Positions 9,334 to 18,805 of a DNA stretch of 37,529 bases are shown here, in pieces. The stretch lies in assembly GCA_030692905.1 (NCBI GenBank), contig JAUYBT010000030.1:1-37529 (forward strand), given 5' to 3'. The position numbers were made by a program, and so were the translations under genes. Within the stretch, counting starts at the first letter, position 1, and each line of letters opens with the position of its first letter. The notes below the pieces were generated by a model, which saw only the letters and a list, made by a program, of their open reading frames with translations, searched no databases and was not told the origin of the DNA. The DNA is from Bacteroidales bacterium (GTDB taxonomy: Bacteria > Bacteroidota > Bacteroidia > Bacteroidales > VadinHA17).

Positions 9334-11997
9334 TCAATTTTTAATCACTATGTTAACGATCCTGTTCGGAACAACTATTATATTCGAAGGAGTAGCAGTT
9401 CCAATCCATTTCTTAGCCCTCTCATCAGCCAGAACTATTTTAATGATTTCTTCTTTGGAAAGGTTGACCGGGAGTTCAATTTTAAACCTCATTTTACCGT
9501 TAAATGATACCGGATAATCAAAGATGTCTTCTTTCAGAAACTCCTCATTGAATTCAGTCCATGGCTCATATGAAAGAGTTTCATTATGACCCAGCAGATG
9601 CCATAATTCCTCAGCCATGTGTGGCGCAAAAGGAGCAAGGACCTTTGTAAATATACAGGCGGTATCAACTGTTACTTTACCCTTTTTTGTTGCAAGGTTG
9701 AGGAATATCATCATTGCAGAAATTGCTGTATTAAACCGTAGGTTTTCAATATCCCCCTCTACTTTTTTGATAACATGGTGAAGTGCTTTTACGACCTCTC
9801 CATCTTCCTCTCCCTTAGTTATATTCTCCGGATTTGACAGGAACCTGAAAGTTCTCCCAAGGAACCCGAATACTCCTTTGACGCCTTTATCGTCCCATGG
9901 TTTTGTAACATCAAGTGGCCCCATAAACATCTCATAAAGTCTTAGGGAGTCAGCCCCGTATTTTGATGTAACATCATCGGGATTAACTACATTCTTGAGC
10001 GATTTTGACATTTTTGCGACGATCTGTTTCAGTTTGTCACCTGTCTCTTTATGGAAGTATTTGCCCTCACGCTCTTCAACCAGATCACCTGAAACCTTGG
10101 ACCCTGATTCAGTTTCGTAAGCAAAGGCAAGGATCATTCCCTGGTTGAATAATCTTTGATAGGGTTCGTCTGTTGAGACAATTCCAAGGTCAAATAATAC
10201 TTTGTGCCAGAACCGGCTGTAAAGGAGGTGAAGGACAGCATGTTCAGCGCCACCAATATAAAGATCAACCGGCATCCAGTATTTCTCTTTTGTCAGGTCA
10301 AAAATTATTTTGTCATTTTTCGGATCAATAAACCGGAGGTAATACCAGCACGATCCTGCCCATTGAGGCATGGTATTGGTTTCCCTTCTGCCTTTGCGTC
10401 CGTTTTTATCAGCTACATTCAACCATTCAGTTGAGTTTGAAAGAGGTGATTCGCCCGTTTCGCCTGGAAGATATTTTTCAAGTTTAGGCAGTTCGAGGGG
10501 AAGTTCATTCTCGTTCATCGCTGTAATTTCTCCATCTTCCCAATGAATTACAGGAAATGGCTCACCCCAGTATCTCTGTCTGCTGAAAAGCCAGTCGCGG
10601 AGCTTATAGTTAACTTTCGCTGTTCCCAGGTTTTTTGTCCCAAGCCACCTGGTAATATGAGCGATACCAGCATCTTTATTCATGCCGTTTATGTCAATAC
10701 CGGTCGATTTATCTGATGAGTTAATATATTTCCCGTCTTCAGTCCAGCATTCCTTCCCGTCAAGGATTCTTTTCTTCTGCTCTGAATCAGAAACATCAGG
10801 ATCTTGTATGCAGACAATAGGAAGATTGAATTTTTGAGCAAATTCGAAGTCCCTGGTGTCGTGAGCAGGAACAGCCATAATTGCACCTGTGCCGTAACCT
10901 GTTAATACATAATCAGCTACCCATATCGGTATCTGCTTCTTATTTACAGGATTAATTGCATACCTGCCGGTAAAGATCCCTGTTTTTTCTTTTGCAAGAT
11001 CAGTCCGGTCAAGGTCTGATTTAAGAGAAGTAGCTTTAATATAATCGTTAACGGAATTTTTATTGTCATGTATTGTAATTGCATCTGTAAGAGGATGTTC
11101 AGGTGCAATTACCATATATGTTGCTCCAAATAATGTGTCGGGCCTTGTTGTAAAAACGGTCAAATTTTCGTTTAATCCTTCAATTTTAAAATCAACTTCA
11201 GCTCCGGTTGAGCGCCCTATCCAGTTGCGCTGCATATCTTTAATCCCTTCAGGCCAGTCGAGTTTATCAATGCCTTTCAGCAGCCGTTCGGCATAAAGTG
11301 GAATGCGGAGCATCCATTGTTTGAGATTTTTCTTTTCAACCCTGTTCCCGCATTTCTCATGAGAACCATCAGTCATGACCTCTTCGTTTGCGCATACTAT
11401 CCGGCAGCTTGGACACCACCACACCAAGGCATTGTCGTAGTATGCAAGTCTCTTGGAATCAATGTATTTAACTATCTCTTTCTGACCAAGCTTTGCAATG
11501 TTTTCCGGTAACTTTAATTCGGAAATTGGTCTTCCTCTCTGCAATTTATCATCGAACCATGTATTATAAAGCTGTATAAATATCCACTGGGTCCATTTAA
11601 AATAGCCGGGATCAGTTGTATTAATTTCTTTGTCCCAGTCATAACTTAGTCCGAGTTCTTTTATCTGTCTTCTGAAAGTATCACAATTGTTATTTGTGGT
11701 AATTGAAGGATGTGTTCCGGTTTGTATGGCATACTGTTCTGCAGGAAGGCCGAATGCATCCCATCCCATTGGGTGGAGTACATTGAATCCTTTCATCCTT
11801 TTGTATCTGCTGAAAATATCTGTTGCTGTATATCCCTCAGGGTGACCCACATGCAGACCTGCCCCTGACGGGTAAGGGAACATGTCGAGAATATAACACT
11901 TTTTCGGATTAGTTAAATCTTCCGGAGTTTTAAAGGTTTTGTTATCCTCCCAGTATTTCTGCCACCTCTTTTCAATTTCGTGGAAATTGTAATCCAT
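9334..11997 (-). CDS. leuS: Leucine--tRNA ligase
   Basis: [14 protein letters not shown] (HIGH), FTTRPDT and [12 protein letters not shown] (editing domain), KMSKS. Confidence 0.99.
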   Translation of the reverse strand: MDYNFHEIEKRWQKYWEDNKTFKTPEDLTNPKKCYILDMFPYPSGAGLHVGHPEGYTATDIFSRYKRMKGFNVLHPMGWDAFGLPAEQYAIQTGTHPSITTNNNCDTFRRQIKELGLSYDWDKEINTTDPGYFKWTQWIFIQLYNTWFDDKLQRGRPISELKLPENIAKLGQKEIVKYIDSKRLAYYDNALVWWCPSCRIVCANEEVMTDGSHEKCGNRVEKKNLKQWMLRIPLYAERLLKGIDKLDWPEGIKDMQRNWIGRSTGAEVDFKIEGLNENLTVFTTRPDTLFGATYMVIAPEHPLTDAITIHDNKNSVNDYIKATSLKSDLDRTDLAKEKTGIFTGRYAINPVNKKQIPIWVADYVLTGYGTGAIMAVPAHDTRDFEFAQKFNLPIVCIQDPDVSDSEQKKRILDGKECWTEDGKYINSSDKSTGIDINGMNKDAGIAHITRWLGTKNLGTAKVNYKLRDWLFSRQRYWGEPFPVIHWEDGEITAMNENELPLELPKLEKYLPGETGESPLSNSTEWLNVADKNGRKGRRETNTMPQWAGSCWYYLRFIDPKNDKIIFDLTKEKYWMPVDLYIGGAEHAVLHLLYSRFWHKVLFDLGIVSTDEPYQRLFNQGMILAFAYETESGSKVSGDLVEEREGKYFHKETGDKLKQIVAKMSKSLKNVVNPDDVTSKYGADSLRLYEMFMGPLDVTKPWDDKGVKGVFGFLGRTFRFLSNPENITKGEEDGEVVKALHHVIKKVEGDIENLRFNTAISAMMIFLNLATKKGKVTVDTACIFTKVLAPFAPHMAEELWHLLGHNETLSYEPWTEFNEEFLKEDIFDYPVSFNGKMRFKIELPVNLSKEEIIKIVLADERAKKWIGTATPSNIIVVPNRIVNIVIKN

Positions 11998-12028
11998 CTT
12001 GCTCTTTTCTTGATAAGTTGTTTCTAAT

Positions 12029-12124
12029 AAGTCCGAAGACCGAAGTCAGAAGTCCGAAGTTTAAAGATTGCCACCGTATCTATAATTCTTAACTTCTGAC
12101 TTCCGACTTCCGACTTCCGACTTC
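12029..12124. repeat. Inverted heptamer tandem-repeat element B
   Basis: (AAGWCMG)4 AAGT, 31-nt spacer, then (ACTTCYG)4 ACTTC; lies in the leuS 5' region; same unit family as element A. Confidence 0.9.
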
Positions 12125-12280
12125 ACAGCATTTAAACCTGATTAGTTAAAATAGTTTTAATGCTGAATATGAGTCTGCGAAAATAGAAAATCTTTGGCAA
12201 ATTTCATTAATGAGGTGTTGCAATAGATGGTCGGATCAGGTAAATTTACTGAATTAGTTGTATAAATGGGCTTTTGGTTA

Positions 12281-12288
12281 TATTTTTG
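12281..12288 (+). promoter_or_regulatory. Sigma70 -7 box for tRNA-Arg
   Basis: TATTTTTG 12 nt upstream of the tRNA 5' end. Confidence 0.6.
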
Positions 12289-12300
12289 CGTTGTTGTTAT

Positions 12301-12373
12301 GGTCCCGTAGTTCAATGGATAGAATGACAGATTCCGGTTCTGTTGGTTGGGCGTTCGAGTCGCCCCGGGATCA
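12301..12373 (+). tRNA. tRNA-Arg(CCG)
   Basis: Acceptor GGTCCCG/CGGGATC, anticodon arm ACAGA-TTCCGGT-TCTGT, T arm GGGCG-TTCGAGT-CGCCC; CCA not encoded. Confidence 0.97.
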
Positions 12374-12375
12374 CA

Positions 12376-12399
12376 AAAAGGCGCTGAAAGGCGCCTTTT
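12376..12399. terminator. Intrinsic terminator after tRNA-Arg (bidirectional)
   Basis: AAAAGGCGC-tgaaag-GCGCCTTTT. Confidence 0.85.
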
Positions 12400-12400
12400 C

Positions 12401-12490
12401 AAGTTAAAAGTTAAGACAAAAGATAAAAGGATAAAGACAAAAGTATATAGAGGCCTAACCAGGAACTCGAAACGAGGAACCCGAAACCCT
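12401..12490. repeat. Two degenerate heptamer arrays (element D)
   Basis: AAGTTAA AAGTTAA GACAAAA GATAAAA GGATAAA GACAAAA (12401-12443) and AACCAGG AACTCGA AACGAGG AACCCGA AACCCT (12457-12490). Confidence 0.65.
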
Positions 12491-13048
12491 TAAGATTTCG
12501 ATCATTTCCATTATCGCCTCAGTATCAACAGTATCCTTTATAGGAGACAGACCTAAGAGTATCCTGGCCTTGTTTAGATCATCACCGGTAATGAAATCTT
12601 TACCAATTAATATATAGTATAGCAATGCTGATTTCAGTGTGTTTGATTTGACCCTGAAAGAGTGCGGACTTGATCGAGCTGGGAAAAGATGGACGTACCT
12701 GATTTCGTTATTGTGATATTTAAGGGTCCATTGTGAACTGTCGGATAATGAGATTATTTTGAAGTTATTCATATTTATACCTGCCCAAAGGGAGAAAGGC
12801 TCTCTCCTTAAAATATCTTTCTGTTCAAGAAATTCTTCAACTTCTTTGCAAATATTAATAATAGATAATGATCCGGTATAAACATCCATTACAGATGTGC
12901 CCAGATGTTTCAGGTCTTTAATGAGATTTTTAATATCAGCATTAGATTCATCTTCTATTTTAAGATTTATGAACTCTTTAATGAATCCAAGATGGTGCTT
13001 AAGAGGGTTGAATAAAAGGGGTTCAGGTATTTGATAACCAATATTCAT
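12455..13048 (-). CDS. Hypothetical protein
   Basis: 197-aa ORF with normal composition and its own TATCTTTG box at 13053-13060; no motif I can assign; the last ~11 codons run through a heptamer array. Confidence 0.8.
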   Translation of the reverse strand: MNIGYQIPEPLLFNPLKHHLGFIKEFINLKIEDESNADIKNLIKDLKHLGTSVMDVYTGSLSIINICKEVEEFLEQKDILRREPFSLWAGINMNNFKIISLSDSSQWTLKYHNNEIRYVHLFPARSSPHSFRVKSNTLKSALLYYILIGKDFITGDDLNKARILLGLSPIKDTVDTEAIMEMIEILRVSGSSFRVPG

Positions 13049-13142
13049 ATTACAAAGATAAGCTAAAGAAAAAAAGCATTTAAGAATAATATAGCATGAA
13101 TGTCATAATATTTAGAATCGATTAACTTTATGAACTGAATAA

Positions 13143-14417
13143 ATGGCTTTTAAATTTTTAGATATGCCAGACTCTTCAAGACAGAATTTCTTAAAGACAA
13201 TAAACCATCAGCAACCTGATAAGGTTGTAGTAGATTTTGGCTCCACCGCTGTAACAGGTATCCATGTCGTGATTGTTGAAAAACTTCGTGAATACTACGG
13301 ACTGGAGAAAAAACCTGTCAAAGTTATTGAACCGTACCAGATGCTCGGAGAGATTGACAATGAGTTGATAAAAGCAATGAATATAGATGTAATTGGATTG
13401 TTTTCTGCAAAGAATATGTTCGGAGTTCCGAATGAAAACTGGAAGGTTCATAAAACGCTATGGGGACAGGAGGTACTTTTTCCCGGCACTTTTAATTACA
13501 CTTATAACAGCAATGGTGATATTCTGATGTATCCTGAAGGAGATACTTCTGTACCTCCAAGTGGTATGATGCCAAAGGCGGGTTACTTTTTCGACGCCCT
13601 CGACAGACAGCAGCCTATTGATGAATCAAAGATGAAAGTAGAGGACAACCTTGAGGAATTTGCTCATATCACTGAGCCGGAGCTTACTTACTGGAAAAAT
13701 CAGATTAAATTACTTGAAGATAATTCAAAAGCAGTAGTTGCTTCTTTAGGAGGGACAGCCCTGGGAGATATTGCCCTTGTCCCTGCTGTCGGGTTAAAGA
13801 ATCCAAAAGGAATTCGTGGTGTCGAAGAATGGTATATTTCCACACTCATAAGAGAGGATTTTATTAAAGGAATATATGACAGGCAGACAGATATAGCCAT
13901 TGAAAATCTTAAGTTATTACACAATGTCATAGGAAATAAAATTGATGTTGTCTTTACTTGTGGTACCGATTTCGGTACCCAGAATTCAACTTTCTGTTCA
14001 CCTGAAACCTACGACAGGGTTTGGTTGCCATATTATAAAAAAGTAAATGACTGGATCCACCAGAATACAAACTGGAAAACATTTAAACACTCATGCGGTG
14101 CTGTTGAACCGCTTTTGTCGCATTTCATCGAATCGGGATTTGATATTATAAATCCGGTTCAGATAAATGCCTCTGATATGGATCCCCGGAAACTTAAGAA
14201 GGAATATGGTGATAAGCTTGTCTTCTGGGGCGGAGGTGTTGATACCCAGGGTGTTTTTGCTTTCGGAACTCCGGCTCAGGTTAAGGAGCAGGTTAAATCC
14301 CAGTGTGAAATGTTTAACAATAATGGTGGTTTCGTCTTTAACACTGTTCATAATATTCAGGCTAACGTCCCCTTTGAAAATGTCGTTGCGATGCTGGAGG
14401 CCTTGAAAGAATTCTGA
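13143..14417 (+). CDS. Uroporphyrinogen decarboxylase-superfamily protein (MtaA/CmuA-like methyltransferase)
   Basis: GTDFGTQ, KHSCG (HxC zinc motif), GFDIINPVQ, FWGGGVDTQ, GFVFNTVHNIQ. Confidence 0.85.
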   Translation: MAFKFLDMPDSSRQNFLKTINHQQPDKVVVDFGSTAVTGIHVVIVEKLREYYGLEKKPVKVIEPYQMLGEIDNELIKAMNIDVIGLFSAKNMFGVPNENWKVHKTLWGQEVLFPGTFNYTYNSNGDILMYPEGDTSVPPSGMMPKAGYFFDALDRQQPIDESKMKVEDNLEEFAHITEPELTYWKNQIKLLEDNSKAVVASLGGTALGDIALVPAVGLKNPKGIRGVEEWYISTLIREDFIKGIYDRQTDIAIENLKLLHNVIGNKIDVVFTCGTDFGTQNSTFCSPETYDRVWLPYYKKVNDWIHQNTNWKTFKHSCGAVEPLLSHFIESGFDIINPVQINASDMDPRKLKKEYGDKLVFWGGGVDTQGVFAFGTPAQVKEQVKSQCEMFNNNGGFVFNTVHNIQANVPFENVVAMLEALKEF

Positions 14418-14450
14418 TAAAACCAATCCTGAAATATTCAAGCTGTACTA

Positions 14451-15848
14451 ATGAAAGACCAAAAAATTAACTGGAATTACCTGGTAAGCATTTCGCTTGT
14501 TTCTGCAATGGGTGGACTTCTTTTCGGTTACGATTGGGTCGTGATAGGAGGAGCAAAACCTTTTTATGAACCTTTTTTAGGAATTACAAACAATACGTTT
14601 TTACAGGGCTGGGCAATGAGTTGTGCTCTTATAGGTTGTCTGGCAGGAGCAGTGTTATCTGGTTGGTTAAGTGACCGGTTTGGGAGGAAAAAACTCCTGA
14701 TTCTGTCCGCAGGTTTATTTGTTGCAGCATCCCTTGGAACAGGAGCATCTGGTTCATTTGGAACATTTATTATCTTCCGGATGCTTGGTGGTATTGGTAT
14801 TGGTCTTGCCTCAAATCTCTCTCCAATGTATATTGCTGAAATTACACCCGGTAATGTCAGGGGAGGATTTGTTTCAATAAACCAGCTAACCATTGTCATA
14901 GGGATTCTTGCAGCTCAGCTAGTTAACTGGAGGATTGCCCGACCTGTTCCTGCCGGGGCAACAACAAGTGATATTCTGACTTCATGGAACGGACAAATGG
15001 GTTGGCGATGGATGTTTTATGCCTGCACTGTACCTGCAGGACTCTTTTTTATTCTTATGTGGTTTGTACCGGAAAGTCCGAGATGGCTGGCAAAAGATCA
15101 AACTAATCACAGTAAGGTACTTAAGATATTGACAAAAATTGGCGGTCCCCATTTTGCAGGTTCTGAACTGACCTCAATTAATGAAACCTTACGTAAAGGG
15201 GCAGATAAGTCAGATTTTAGTCTTCTAATGCAACCAGGTTTCCGTAAAATCCTGATTCTTGGTATCGTTATTGCAGTTTTCCAGCAATGGTGCGGGATAA
15301 ACGTGATTTTCAATTATGCTCAGGAGATCTTTGCAACCGCAGGTTATAGCGTTTCAGACATCCTGTTTAATATAGTGATTACCGGTAGCGTAAACCTTGT
15401 TTTCACATTTATCGGGATGTTTACTGTCGACAAACTTGGCAGGAAAACGCTTATGCTTCTGGGTTCAGGGGGTCTTGCAGGTATATTTGCCGTAATCGGG
15501 AGTATGTACTTTTTCCATTTGCAGGGATTACCTTTATTAATAATGGTAGTAGTTGCAATTGCCTGTTATGCTATGTCGCTCGCACCGGTAACATGGGTTA
15601 TTCTCTCTGAGATTTTTCCAAACCGCATGCGCGGAACTGCAATGTCGGTTGCAACATTTTCATTGTGGACAGCCTGTTTCGTGCTTACTTACACATTCCC
15701 GTTACTGAATAAGCTGCTTAATGCTTCAGGTACTTTCTGGCTTTACGGGGTAATTTGTGTGATTGGTTTCTGGTTCATTTATAAAAGACTACCAGAAACA
15801 AAAGGAAAGTCTCTTGAAGAAATTGAACATGAATTAACTAAAATTTGA
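14451..15848 (+). CDS. Sugar porter family MFS transporter (XylE/AraE-like)
   Basis: GGLLFGYD, SDRFGRK, PESPRWL, QQWCGIN, PETKGKSLEEIE. Confidence 0.95.
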   Translation: MKDQKINWNYLVSISLVSAMGGLLFGYDWVVIGGAKPFYEPFLGITNNTFLQGWAMSCALIGCLAGAVLSGWLSDRFGRKKLLILSAGLFVAASLGTGASGSFGTFIIFRMLGGIGIGLASNLSPMYIAEITPGNVRGGFVSINQLTIVIGILAAQLVNWRIARPVPAGATTSDILTSWNGQMGWRWMFYACTVPAGLFFILMWFVPESPRWLAKDQTNHSKVLKILTKIGGPHFAGSELTSINETLRKGADKSDFSLLMQPGFRKILILGIVIAVFQQWCGINVIFNYAQEIFATAGYSVSDILFNIVITGSVNLVFTFIGMFTVDKLGRKTLMLLGSGGLAGIFAVIGSMYFFHLQGLPLLIMVVVAIACYAMSLAPVTWVILSEIFPNRMRGTAMSVATFSLWTACFVLTYTFPLLNKLLNASGTFWLYGVICVIGFWFIYKRLPETKGKSLEEIEHELTKI

Positions 15849-15853
15849 CAAAA

Positions 15854-15934
15854 TGACGCTCGACACAAGACACACGACACAAGGAAGAAAAGAATTTGAT
15901 TTCCCCTGCGCCGTTAGTCGTGAGTCGTGCGTCA
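15854..15934. repeat. Inverted heptamer tandem-repeat element C
   Basis: TGACGCT CGACACA AGACACA CGACACA ... TGCGCCG TTAGTCG TGAGTCG TGCGTCA between the MFS and GH2 genes. Confidence 0.8.
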
Positions 15935-15952
15935 ACAACAAATATATTTGAT

Positions 15953-18796
15953 ATGAAAAAAATATTAATTCTTTTATTTGTTGTCTCCGGATGCACAAGT
16001 CAGAATGTCGAAGTAAGAAATAGCTTTTCCCTTGCAGGTGATTGGAAATTCAGAATCGATTCACTCGATCAGAGAATTGAAAACAAATGGTATACTAAAT
16101 TAAGCCAGGAGACAGTTGAGATGCCTGGTTCAATGGCAGAAAACGGAAAAGGTGATGAGGTTACTCTCAAGACAGACTGGACCGGCGATATTATTGATAA
16201 ATCATATTTCACCGATAAGAAGTATGAAAAGTACCGTCAGCCGGGAAACATAAAAATACCATTCTGGCTGAAACCAGTCAAATATTATAAAGGAGCAGCA
16301 TGGTATCAGAAAGAGATTGAGATACCTGCAAACTGGAAAGGAACTCGCATTGTACTCTTCCTTGAACGTTGTCATTGGGAATCGACAGTATTTGTTAATG
16401 ATAAAAAGGCAGGAAGTCAGAACAGCCTGGCAACGCCTCATGAATATGATATAACAGATCTGATTGTTCCTGGTAAAAACCTTTTCAATATCAGAATTGA
16501 TAACCGCGTAATTATTCCTATCGGGGTTAACTCTCACAGTATCAGTGACCACACCCAGTCGAACTGGAACGGCATTACAGGAGATATTAGTCTGAAAGCA
16601 ACATCAAAAGTATTTATCAGTGATGTAAGGGTATATCCTGATATCCAAGGTAAAAAAGCAAAAATAATTGTAGAATTAACCAACAAAACGGGAACAACGT
16701 TTAAGGGAAAAGTAGCGCTGCAGGCTGAAAGTTTTAATTCGGGTATCTCGCAAAAACTGAAAAGTAAAGTTGTGTCAGCAAACACCGGTTCAAAGGAACT
16801 GCAACTGGTGATTGACTATCCGATGGGAAATAAGATGCAATTATGGAGTGAATTCACGCCTTCATTATATAAACTATCTGTAAGTCTGAAAGGATCGAAG
16901 GGGGAAATAATTGATCATACGTCAGAGGACTTCGGCATGCGTGAGTTTAAAACCAATGGAACACGTTTCGAAGTAAATGGTCAGCAGATATTCTTAAGAG
17001 GAACACTTGAATGCTGCATTTTCCCGCTTACAGGTTACCCTCCGACTGATGTTAAATCGTGGGAGAAAGTTTTGCAGACTTGCAAAGATTATGGATTAAA
17101 CCATATCCGGTTCCATTCATGGTGCCCTCCGGAAGCTGCTTTCATTGCCGCTGATAAACTTGGAATTTATTTTCATATCGAATGTTCTTCATGGGCTAAC
17201 CAGGGGAGTTCAATAGGTAATGGAGGAGTTATCGATGAATATATATACCAGGAGGGAGACAAAATTCTGAAGACCTATGGAAACCACCCATCATTCTGCA
17301 TGATGGCTTATGGTAATGAACCTGCCGGTAGAAACCAGAAAGAATATTTGGGAAAGCTTCTGACATACTGGAAAACAAAGGATAACCGAAGGGTATATAC
17401 ATCTGCAGCTGGATGGCCAATAATTCCTGAAAATGATTACAACCTATCGTCTGAACCAAGGATTCAACACTGGGGAGAAGGGTTAAAGAGTATCATTAAT
17501 GCTGAACCTCCCCAGACCATGTTTGACTTTCGTGATTTTGTTTCAAAGTTCACAGTACCTACTGTCAGTCATGAGATCGGACAATGGTGTGTTTATCCCG
17601 ATTTTAAAGAGATTTCGAAATACCCCGGTGTCCTGAAACCAACAAATTTTGAGATTTTCCGCGAAACACTGATTGAAAATAGCATGGGCGACCAGGCAGA
17701 GGATTTCCTGATGGCATCAGGAAAACTTCAGGTATTATGCTATAAGGCTGATATTGAGGCAGCTCTCAGGACACCCGGATTTGCAGGTTTTCACCTTCTT
17801 CAGCTTCACGATTTTCCCGGGCAGGGAACTGCCCTTGTTGGTATACTTAATCCCTTCTTTGAATCGAAAGGATACATCACCCCCGAAGAATTCAGAATGT
17901 TTTGTAATGAGACCGTTCCACTGGCAAGGATGCAGAAACTTGTTTACAGTAATAATGAGTCTTTTAAAGCGGAGATTGAAATGGCCCATTTCGGGGCAAA
18001 ATCGTTAAAAAAGCCTGTGATTCTGTGTGATGTTTTAAATTCAGCAGGTGACACTATTTATAAGGAGATTTTCACAAAAGAGGATATAGCGATTGGTAAT
18101 TGTATTCCAATAGGTTCTTTATCAGTTGATCTGGCCAATATTTCTAAAGTTCAGAAACTTATACTGGAAGTTTCTGTAGAAAACACATCTTATAGAAACA
18201 ACTGGGATTTTTGGGTTTATCCTGCAAAACAGGAGATAATTAATGGCAATGTTTTAATGACAGACAAGCTTGATAAAAATGCTGAAACAACTCTGAAAAA
18301 TGGAGGTTCTGTTCTGTTACTTACTTATGGTAAAGTCGGAAAAGAAAAGGGAGCACAGATTGCAATCGGATTTTCAAGTATATTCTGGAACACAGCCTGG
18401 ACAAATAACCAGGCACCACATACACTTGGAATTCTTTGCGATCCTAAGCATCCGTTATTCAGTGATTTTCCGACAGAAAATCACACCAACTGGCAATGGT
18501 GGGATCCGGTAACCCATTCACAGGCAATGATACTCAATGATTTCCCTGTAAAACTGAAACCTCTTATCCAACCAATTGATACCTGGTTCGAGAACAGAAG
18601 ATTGGGTCTTGCCTTTGAAACAAAAACCGGCAATGGAAAGCTACTGGTTTGTAGTATTAACCTCAAAGATGGCATTGAAGAGAGACCTGTTTCTGAACAG
18701 CTTCTTGTATCAATTCTTAAATATATGAATAGCGGATCATTCAATCCTCAGGTTGAGGTAGACCAGGTCCATATTAAGGATTTATTGAAAAATTAA
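15953..18796 (+). CDS. Glycoside hydrolase family 2 (beta-galactosidase/beta-glucuronidase type), probable lipoprotein
   Basis: SLAGDWKF, AWYQKEI, NWNGITG, HIRFHSWCPP, NHPSF..YGNE (acid/base), SHEIG (nucleophile); start moved to MKKILILLFVVSGC. Confidence 0.9.
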   Translation: MKKILILLFVVSGCTSQNVEVRNSFSLAGDWKFRIDSLDQRIENKWYTKLSQETVEMPGSMAENGKGDEVTLKTDWTGDIIDKSYFTDKKYEKYRQPGNIKIPFWLKPVKYYKGAAWYQKEIEIPANWKGTRIVLFLERCHWESTVFVNDKKAGSQNSLATPHEYDITDLIVPGKNLFNIRIDNRVIIPIGVNSHSISDHTQSNWNGITGDISLKATSKVFISDVRVYPDIQGKKAKIIVELTNKTGTTFKGKVALQAESFNSGISQKLKSKVVSANTGSKELQLVIDYPMGNKMQLWSEFTPSLYKLSVSLKGSKGEIIDHTSEDFGMREFKTNGTRFEVNGQQIFLRGTLECCIFPLTGYPPTDVKSWEKVLQTCKDYGLNHIRFHSWCPPEAAFIAADKLGIYFHIECSSWANQGSSIGNGGVIDEYIYQEGDKILKTYGNHPSFCMMAYGNEPAGRNQKEYLGKLLTYWKTKDNRRVYTSAAGWPIIPENDYNLSSEPRIQHWGEGLKSIINAEPPQTMFDFRDFVSKFTVPTVSHEIGQWCVYPDFKEISKYPGVLKPTNFEIFRETLIENSMGDQAEDFLMASGKLQVLCYKADIEAALRTPGFAGFHLLQLHDFPGQGTALVGILNPFFESKGYITPEEFRMFCNETVPLARMQKLVYSNNESFKAEIEMAHFGAKSLKKPVILCDVLNSAGDTIYKEIFTKEDIAIGNCIPIGSLSVDLANISKVQKLILEVSVENTSYRNNWDFWVYPAKQEIINGNVLMTDKLDKNAETTLKNGGSVLLLTYGKVGKEKGAQIAIGFSSIFWNTAWTNNQAPHTLGILCDPKHPLFSDFPTENHTNWQWWDPVTHSQAMILNDFPVKLKPLIQPIDTWFENRRLGLAFETKTGNGKLLVCSINLKDGIEERPVSEQLLVSILKYMNSGSFNPQVEVDQVHIKDLLKN

Positions 18797-18805
18797 AAAG
18801 CACTG

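Noticed and set aside
9292-9507. 71-aa plus-strand ORF (MLPASDFRFLTSDF...)
   Set aside because: N-terminus is translated heptamer repeat; the rest is antisense to leuS
9242-12124. Heptamer arrays or the 90-bp repeats as CRISPR arrays
   Set aside because: No 23-47-nt repeats separated by unique, equal-length spacers, and no cas genes
12157-12402. 81-aa minus-strand ORF
   Set aside because: Antisense shadow of tRNA-Arg and its terminator
13116-13123. AATCGATT palindrome upstream of the UroD-like operon as a LacI-type operator
   Set aside because: 8-bp AT-rich palindrome is expected by chance, and no regulator is nearby
15896-15952. Extended N-termini from the ORF track (GH2 15896, purN 7369, M23 9249, dprA 35201, gdhA 33959)
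   Set aside because: Upstream starts fall in repeats or promoter DNA, or use weaker codons; downstream ATGs give proper signal peptides or family N-termini
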